A stretch of 64,000 bases of DNA, taken from NCBI GenBank assembly GCA_964658305.1, contig OZ210885.1, positions 12,772,001 to 12,836,000 on the forward strand. Direction: 5' to 3'. The notes below the pieces were generated by a model. The model ran no database searches, had not been told where the DNA came from, and saw only the letters and a program-made list of their open reading frames with translations. This DNA is from Leptogorgia sarmentosa. Its lineage: Eukaryota. Shown here in pieces: positions 51,001-60,000 of this stretch (position 1 is the stretch's first letter; every line of letters starts with the position of its first letter). The position numbers were made by a program, and so were the translations under genes.

Positions 51001-54000
51001 CCCGCCATAAAAAAACATTGCTAACTCAATCAAGAACACATGCATACTATACTCTGTTAATCGTTGGTTCTGGTGTCAATAATTGTCAAGGGCGGAAATC
51101 CATGTCAGAAAGTGGGGGGAACACCTCCGCGGCGCTGAACTATTAGTTAATTATTAATTAGTAATTCATTTACACTTAAACCTTCAATGTTGTATTCATT
51201 ATAAAATTTATTTGACTGTTTTTGTCTCGAAGAAAGTTTATGATGACATCTACAATCGATACTCGGTAAGGTTGTTCACAAAACAGCAAAGGAGCAATAA
51301 AAACGTATATATACTTCAATCAGTTACGATTGTAATTCTAAATTTTCTTATAAAAACAAATTTAAACAGGTCTGAAGTCTTTCCTTTGAAGTTTAAATTA
51401 ATTTAAATTTTGTAATATTAATAGTTCCGAAGCTTTGTTAGCTGAAATGTCAAAGTACTTGCGTAACAAGGCGTAAAAAGTGGGGGGGGGACAATTGTAT
51501 ATGTGTCCCCCCTACGCAAAAAGTGGGGGGGGGGACCTGTCCCCCCCGACCCCCCCAGGATTGACGCCCTTGATAATTGTACCTGGCAACTAAGCATGAC
51601 AACTGCTGGTATATAGCAGAATTAAGCCTTGTCAGTGTAACATATGCGGAAATAAATCATTTCATAAATTCCCGTTCCGTTATCATAAAATAAATTACTT
51701 GTCACAATATAAAACAGAATACAACAGCATTTCAACAATTGCAAAGCTTTTTTTCAGTGTCTCAGTTTCAAACTTTGATATTACTTTATGTCCCCTTTAT
51801 ATGAAAGTCACTGAAGGGGAACGAACAATCGAACATTTTGTTAAACTCAAAAACTTCCTATTAGAAATTAGAAAAGAACTCATATGATGAATTTTAAGAA
51901 CTTGTTATGTTAATAATCAAGAAACAGATATATATATATATATATATATATATAGTAGCTATAATTAGTTGTTCAGTTTTAATTTTTTCCCGGTCAAAAA
52001 TTGTCTTCATCTTTAAATGCTATTTTAAATTTTCTGAATTTGTTACGTGCGCTAATACTGTTGTGTATTTTTGTTTTCCAGGCAGACTGCTATCTTATGA
52101 TGAAGAGTATCCGGGGATAAAGACTCTATTAGCGCAACTCCGTGCAACATGCACGGAGACTTGCCGTCTCATACCGGAATTTTCATGTTTGGATTTTAGA
52201 GGACCTGAGCTCTTTCGAAAAACGTTTGATTCAGAAGTATGCTCATTAGCGACGTTCAATACATCATCCCCTACTCTTGCCATTTGTGGTTTAGATAATG
52301 GTTCAATCAGAATCTTTGATATTGACACAGGTAGGTAACCGTGTGGTAGCGTACTATGGATAAAACTAATGGTTTGGGGTTTTCAATAGTTTTTTTTTCT
52401 TTTGAAAAAAAAGGGATAAAACACAGATTCGATGCCGCCTCTGTTTGTAATTGTAATTATATGTGCAACCATATCCTCACTCACATTTGTAAGAATCATC
52501 AGTTCTGAGTTATGCAAGTTGAGCGGCTGCGCGATATACGTGTATAAAAAACTGAGCAAATCTGAAATCGCTCTCAATTTCGCAAAGCCACTCGGGTGAC
52601 GTTATTAATTAACAATACTTTGCAGTGCAAAATCACCCCTTGTCAAGAAACGTTGTACTAGCCTTCAGCTTCAATTCTTTTTGTTAGCGCTGATAAAGAA
52701 TTAACTAGATAAAAAGTTTAATAAAGTACATGTTTAACTTACCTGCTGTCACATGTACAGTAGTTGATTACCATCGGAAATTTACGGCGCTTAATCTCAT
52801 GGAGCTCACTGGCCACTGGCCTCAGGGCTCGTCCCATTATGCTTCGCATCACTCTAGGTAATGTGGCTATATGCTTTGCTTCAGTTATATATCGCGGTTG
52901 TTCTCAGATTACTTACGTGCTTCTCTTTTCGGAATCGGCAAATAATTGATCCGCTCGCTAACGATAACTCACGGTATTTCGTGCGACGTCGTCCAATAAT
53001 TGATAGTAGGGACCTTAAGATCTACAACGCCACAAACTCGACGACGGAGTCTAAATTTCAGCTTGAAAATGAGTGCTGACTTTTTTATGCTTTAAATAGA
53101 TGTTGGATTTTTTTCAAGAAACAGCTACACAGGTTCAGCTAAAGCAATGCGATCGTTGCTGTGTCAACTTGAAGTTACAGCTCTCACGTTGTAATCAGCC
53201 TTCACGTTGCTTTGAAGACGTTATAATGCTTGGCTTAACGTTACGTTGATAACAACAAAGCCGTTGATACCACAATTTATGTTTGGTTTTTTTTGTTCAG
53301 CATAAAAATTTGTATTTTTGAAAAGCTCGTCGTCAAGTTGGTCACGTAGTAGATCTTAAGATCCCTAATCCTCTGCTACAAAATTGCTATGACACCATTT
53401 TTGAACTTATCCACAATGTAGTTGTCTTCCTATTAGGAATGACAGAAAAGTCTGGTGATATAGTTACAGTATGATAAAATAAAAATAAACCACTGTATAC
53501 ACGCGTCATATTTCGCGCAAATAAGTAAGTATTTATAATATTACGCCATCCAAATCTCATTTCGTTACACGGATAATTATCCAAATTTTTTAGACCTGCA
53601 GCCCACTTCCCCGCTTTTTGAGAAAAGTTTCAGTTTTGGAACCAGACAAATTCAATTACAGCGTGCAGTATATATTACGATTATATTATAAACATATTCA
53701 TACATGCCTTTTTTGCTAAGCAAAAGCTTTGATCTTGGTTATTCATTGAAATGAGAATATAGTTAATATGCAGTTGATATGGGTGAGGGAACAAAGGTTA
53801 AAGTAAAGTAATTGATAATTCATTAGAAAATTAGCCAATCATGTACGGTAGTCGTCGTCATATGATGATGTTTGAAATTTGGATTAGATACTTGAAGAGA
53901 CATGTTCATCCATATAGTAAAATATTCAGTCATTTCTTGAACAGGATCAATGTTTACTGGGTAAAAAATAAAAAAATCTCACAAATGGCTGGAGGGAATG

Positions 54001-57000
54001 CTTTTGTCTCCAACATATTAATAAAAGTATAAAAATCAATTCGGACAGAGTGACATATTATTTCTTCTGAACAATAAAACATACAATTATTAAGAAATCG
54101 TGTGCATAAATGATATCTGCCAATTTTAAAATGTGAAAGTTCAGTAATTGCAAATACAAGTAGGACAACATTCCTGTGCAATCATTGGTATTCGCTGTAT
54201 AGAATATTTCATGTTTATAGCTTCATGCATGCTTTCCAATTATCTACTTTCTCTTCTACCATCAACATCAGCCACTAAATTTTAAACACTAGTAAATATA
54301 TTATAAGTTTCAGTAAACTGTTCGGCATTGACCGTTACTCTACCACTTAAGTTATCGAGGCAACAGGGACCGGTAGCGAGTCTTACCCAAGCGTTCAAGT
54401 TGGCTCGATACCTATATCTATGGAGTTGTACAACAAAGATGAGGGCATACTTTTATGAAATCCCAAGAAGTAACGAATGAAAACACACGCCTGTAAAACA
54501 CGCCACAGTAAATTCCGCAAAATTACAGTTATTTTGTTTTTAGTATTGAAGATCGTTTCGGTGTTTGTCTATCGCTTACATTGCTGTTTAAGTTGCTATA
54601 GGGACGTAATAGTATAAATGGAAGTTAGCGGTGTAAACAGAGTGTAGCTGATGGGTTAGTTAATGTAGTTACTGATCTCAATCATTTATTTTATCGCCGC
54701 AATGTTTGAAAAATACTGCCAATGTAGTAACGATGTGAGTGAAAATTACCTATTACACCTTTTATGTACGTGCTATCTTATTTTATAAACAGGGAGAGAA
54801 GTTCAAAAACTACAGGGACATTCTAACAGAGTTAGTTGTTTGGCTGTGTCACAAAGTGGAACAATACTAGCGTCAGGGTCGAGGGATCGAAGTACAATCC
54901 TTTGGAGAATGGATAATTATGAACAGCTTTTTGTGTTCCAAGGGGAGAGTGGAGTTAATGCTCTGGATTTCAGTGCAGATGATCAGCGAGTGTTTATTGG
55001 AAGATACGATGGTAAGCATCTTAAACACAAATCAAACAAGGATATCAAAATGTTGTTCAGAATAGGTAAACGAAAATTTGCATAAACGTTTTCTCGACTT
55101 CCGCTCTGCTTAAAAGTTAGTATTAAAGTGCGCGAGTTTCGATAAGAAATAAGATTTTGCTGACGTGTACGGATTTAAAGGTTCTGAAGGAACGCCAGCA
55201 ACAATGCCATTGGAGAAAAAATTAAGTCCTTTTCATATTATGTTTGTCAGATAACTCCACAAATGATCATACTTTCGGAAATATGTTACCCCGCCGGTAC
55301 CAAATTCAATATTGGAATACTCTCATTAAATTAAAATAATTATTTGTTCTTAAAATAGAAATACTTGAAAGTACGTTCACAAAATGTTTGTTTTACGTTG
55401 CAAATTCAGCGGCGTAAATCTCCAGTGTCAGCCCTCGGTTGAACTGTTGTGGATGGCCTCTTAATTATACCTCTTAGCTTCACATTTTTACTATGCTAAC
55501 TCTACGAAATATTCTCCTGAATTCTGCATATGATATGCATTTTAATTCTGCTATTTCTTATCGAACATATTATAGCTATTTAACATCTCTTCTGCTTCAA
55601 TTATATCCAAAAGGCAAAAACGTTCCGTAAAAAGAAGCGCACTAAAATAAGTTCCTATAAATCAGAAACAATGACAACAGTAAAAGTTTGACTGTAATAC
55701 AACAATTAATATACTGTCAACGTCCAAGCACAATTTAAAAGGCTACAAAATTGTTTCAGCTACTGAATGATATACAACATTTTGTTAACTTCGAACTTTT
55801 TTGCATCTTCAGTTTCAATAAAAATTATTTGAATTTCACATTAGCCACGGCCCTGAAGAAACCTCTTCCCAGGGCCCCCGGCCAGGTTGGGCCCCTAGTA
55901 GTTACCCCACTGTGCACATTAGCTAGATCGCTGCTTACTAACAAATTTGGCTTCACATTTTAATACAAGAACGTTTATGAAGCAGATTGATGCATATCGT
56001 TTCAATTCATGGGTTTCACGGCGACGTTCCATATTTGAGTGGAGTCATCACAGTGAGTTAAATATTCACTGTATGTATTTAACTTGTGCTTCGTAGCGAA
56101 TATGTGAAATTGAGAAGCATTTCGTCAGATTCGTGCAGCATAATCGTTAATACATTTTAGAAAAATGTATTACTTACGAAAAGTACTCTTTCTCTCCAAC
56201 ACCATATTAATTTAGGTCGAATTTGCCCTATGACTATAATTGGCTGGGGGGGGGGAATTCCTGGGACACCTGTCGTGTTTTTTATGTCGTGTGCGAATAA
56301 ACCAGAAGTGAGTTTATCCAAGACTGAGAAACATAAGAATACGCACCCTACGTAATCAAAGCCATGTTTTCCGCATGTTTCAGACTATTGCGCAACCTGA
56401 TTTATCCTGTTTTAGTAAATGACGTGCGCGTGCGCAAATTTTTGACAATTGCAAACTAACAAGCGACCCACCGTTCGAAAGATCATTTCACTAGGATTTC
56501 AATGGTGTTTGTCTTTATTTCGTACGGTATATACTCAATGAAAAAAAAAGATTTATAAAAATTTGTATTTCAACTTTCGGAAACGGTTGGAGAGAAAAAG
56601 AGCTCGTTTGTAATCCGTCGTACATTTCAACAATTTTATCTGAATTCGTACCTGTTGTACATAATCGACTACATTTGAAAACAAAGTATATTTTCATTAT
56701 TTTGAACGAAGCCCAACTGCCATACACGGCCCTTGTTTCACGGTTGTAACTTTCATGATCTGTAGCCAAGTTTTACCAACTTTACCGCTGGTATGGATGC
56801 CCTGTACAATGCATACAATTTGACAACAATGTAGCCATGGTAGAGGGTGGGTTTATGAAATTTACAAACGGCATGGTATCGTGTGATTGGACCATGTTCA
56901 CTAATTCGTTTTGTGTTTGATGCCAGGATCAGCAGTTTTACAACGTAGCTGTAGTTAAATGATTTCCTGGGAAAACCAGATACGTCTGTTTGAGTAGCAC

Positions 57001-60000
57001 CTCTCAATCTTCGCCAAAAGTAGAAATTGTTCATATTCAAACAATTATTGCAACAGCTGGTTTGAGGATTCCAGCGACTGCGTATCTTCAAACCAGCGGT
57101 TAACTGTAAACGTCGTGTATAGAGCGCAGTGAAACGCAGTGTAAAAACATAAGCCAGCAACAGCCAGAGCATGTTCAGCGCTAGCCTGTGCACATCCTGT
57201 ATTAACCCTGTACTACAGTCTGTGAAAACTCACGCGATTGCTTGTCGACTTCCTGCAGCGCTACTAGTAGATTGTGGTTGGCCAAAGATAATTAAATTAT
57301 TGTGATTGCCAACGATTGGTTAACTGATAACTGGTAAAACCGATAGAAGCAAATGCAGAGTGACAAAGCTAAGCTTTATGCAAATATATTGTCTAATGTT
57401 TATGAATAATGTATTTGTAATTGTCGCGAATGAGCTGTACTATTCGCCATCAGAGTATATTCATATCATATCATATCATATCATTTTATTAAAATATCTT
57501 AGGCGCCAAAAAGGGCGAATTGCGACATTCTTACAACAAGGTTAGGAAAAGGAGCTACTCTAATATTTACATAATGGTTTTTATGTTTAAAAATTGTTAT
57601 TAACATGAGGATGAGAACGTTAAGAAAGAGAATAAAAATCATTATAGGTTATTGGTAAAACACATCGTAGGGATAAAACTACGTTTAAATCGTTCAGTTC
57701 TACATCTTGGCACAGTAAGTGATTCATTATTACGTAGTTCGTAACCATGTAGATTTGCTCTTCTTTCTGGAACAAGTTTGTTCAAACGTGATGTTGGCTG
57801 GCATATCTTTTTGAAAGACTTTTTGCAAAGCAGAAGACGGCGTTCGCTCAAAAGGGAACATCCGGACAATGCCAAAGCTTCATCATAATGGTTTTCTGGG
57901 TAAAGGATTCGGAGAGCACGCCTCTGGACCCTTTCGATTTCGTCCGACAAAAACGCTGGAATCGAGGTGTGCCACACCGGGGCACAAAACTCCAATACAG
58001 ACTGCACCAGCGCTTTATACACTGTTAAAAGTTCGGTATTGGGAACGCCATTACGCTTGAGAACACGCAAGATGTGGAGCCGCTTTGAGGCTTTCGATGT
58101 AACATTTTCGATAAAGATGTTCCATTTTAAATTAGATTGAAGGGGTAAACCAAGAACTTTATGACAATCAACGCGTTCGAGTAAGGTTTCGCCGATGCTT
58201 AGGGCTGGTGGGGGTTCATGCGCACTTGAAAAGGAAATAATCATCTCCTTGCATTTACTGGGGTTTAATTTCATATCGTTGGCGGTAGACCATGAATTTA
58301 TTTTGTCAAGGACGAGCTGGCTTTCAGAACTATTATTATCCTGAACCACTTCAGAAAAGGTTACATCATCAACATATTTCCAGTCTGAAGTCCTAGACGA
58401 AGACAGTGATAGGTCATTTATCATGATTATAAAAAGGATTGGGCCTAACTTTGTTCCCTGAGGGACTCCAGCAGAAACAGGGAGCCATTGTGAGATAGTA
58501 GAACCAATCTTCACAGCTTGTCGGCGACATGTTAAAAAACTACAAATCCATGGAATGATAGACCGCCTCACATTCATACTGATGAGCTTTTCGACAACAA
58601 AATTGTGATTGATCCTATCAAACGCTTTACGAAAGTCAAGGAAGCAGGCTCTCAGATAACATCCAGGGTTTTCTAAGTTTTTTAGCCAGTTGTGGATTAG
58701 GTCCAACAAACAATAAGTTGCTGAACTGCCTTTGAGACTGCCAAATTGGCGAGGATCTATGTCATCACCATTGTCCTCCAACATCCAAGAAACAACAAAG
58801 TCCTCAAGGATTTTTGAAAGGATAGCGGTTAGGGATATAGGTCTAATATCATCTTCACATTCAGGTACTGGGATCTTTGGAACTGGTGTTAAATAGGAGT
58901 CCTTCCAGATTGATGGAACAGTTCCTGATATCAAGGATTTGTTAAAAATTGATGCAAGGGGCTCGGCAAGCTCAAAGGCAAATTCCTTGAGAATTCGAGC
59001 TGGAATTCGGTCCGGACCGCACGCCTTACTAGTGTTCAGACTTAAGAGTTTTTGGCATAATTGGTGTGGGAAAATGGCAGGTGGGACATCAGGTGGAGGC
59101 AAATATGCAGGGAGGGAAGAGGTGGCCAGCGGAGGTATGTCAGCATTCACTGAAGTAAAGAAGGTGTTGAGAGTGGAAACCAATTCACCATCAGACAAAA
59201 TCTTCCCATCACGTTTCAGTTGGATATTCTTCGATGACTTTTTATTTCGACCAGATAGTTTGTTGACGATATCCCACCATCTTTTACAATTATTTTTGGG
59301 AAGATTCTTAGATTTTTCAGCGTAAAAGTTCACCTTCCTTTTATTGATCTCAGCTTTGACTTTGTTTCTTAAGATCTTCCACTGCTGTACGTCTCCTAAA
59401 TGGAAGGCTTTTTGGCGCTTTTTTATAAGGTCTTTGATGTACGGTGTTATCCATGGTTTATCAGTTACGTGAGTGTTCACTTGCCTCAACGGGAAATACA
59501 GCTCAATTGCGTTCATTAGTGGCGAGGTAAGCGATTCTGCTAGATTATCAACTGTAGGGTTCAATCCAACATCTTTAAACCATTCATGTGTACTAACCCA
59601 ACGACCAAAAGCATTAAGTGCTGGTTGTGAATAACGACGAAAAGTCCGTTTTACATTCTCGTTTTTACCGGTGTTATTAGTTTCAGCACAAACCGACAGC
59701 GGCGACCAGACTATTACATTGTGGTCAGATGTGCCAAGCGGCGCCAGGATTTCTGGGTCGCTGTAAAACCTGTGGAGGTCAGTGAGAAATAAATCAAGGA
59801 TTGCGTTATTCCGTGTCGGTTTTGATACGATCTGTTTAAGGTTTTGCCTTACAGATAGAATCCTGGTATTTGATCTGTTAAAGTCTCCAAGGACAAGTAT
59901 GCCACAATGAGAATATCTATTGCGAACGTGATCAATAGACGATGATAAATATTCATTTAGGTCACGCTGCTCGTGTACGTTTCGATCCGGTGGGTTATAT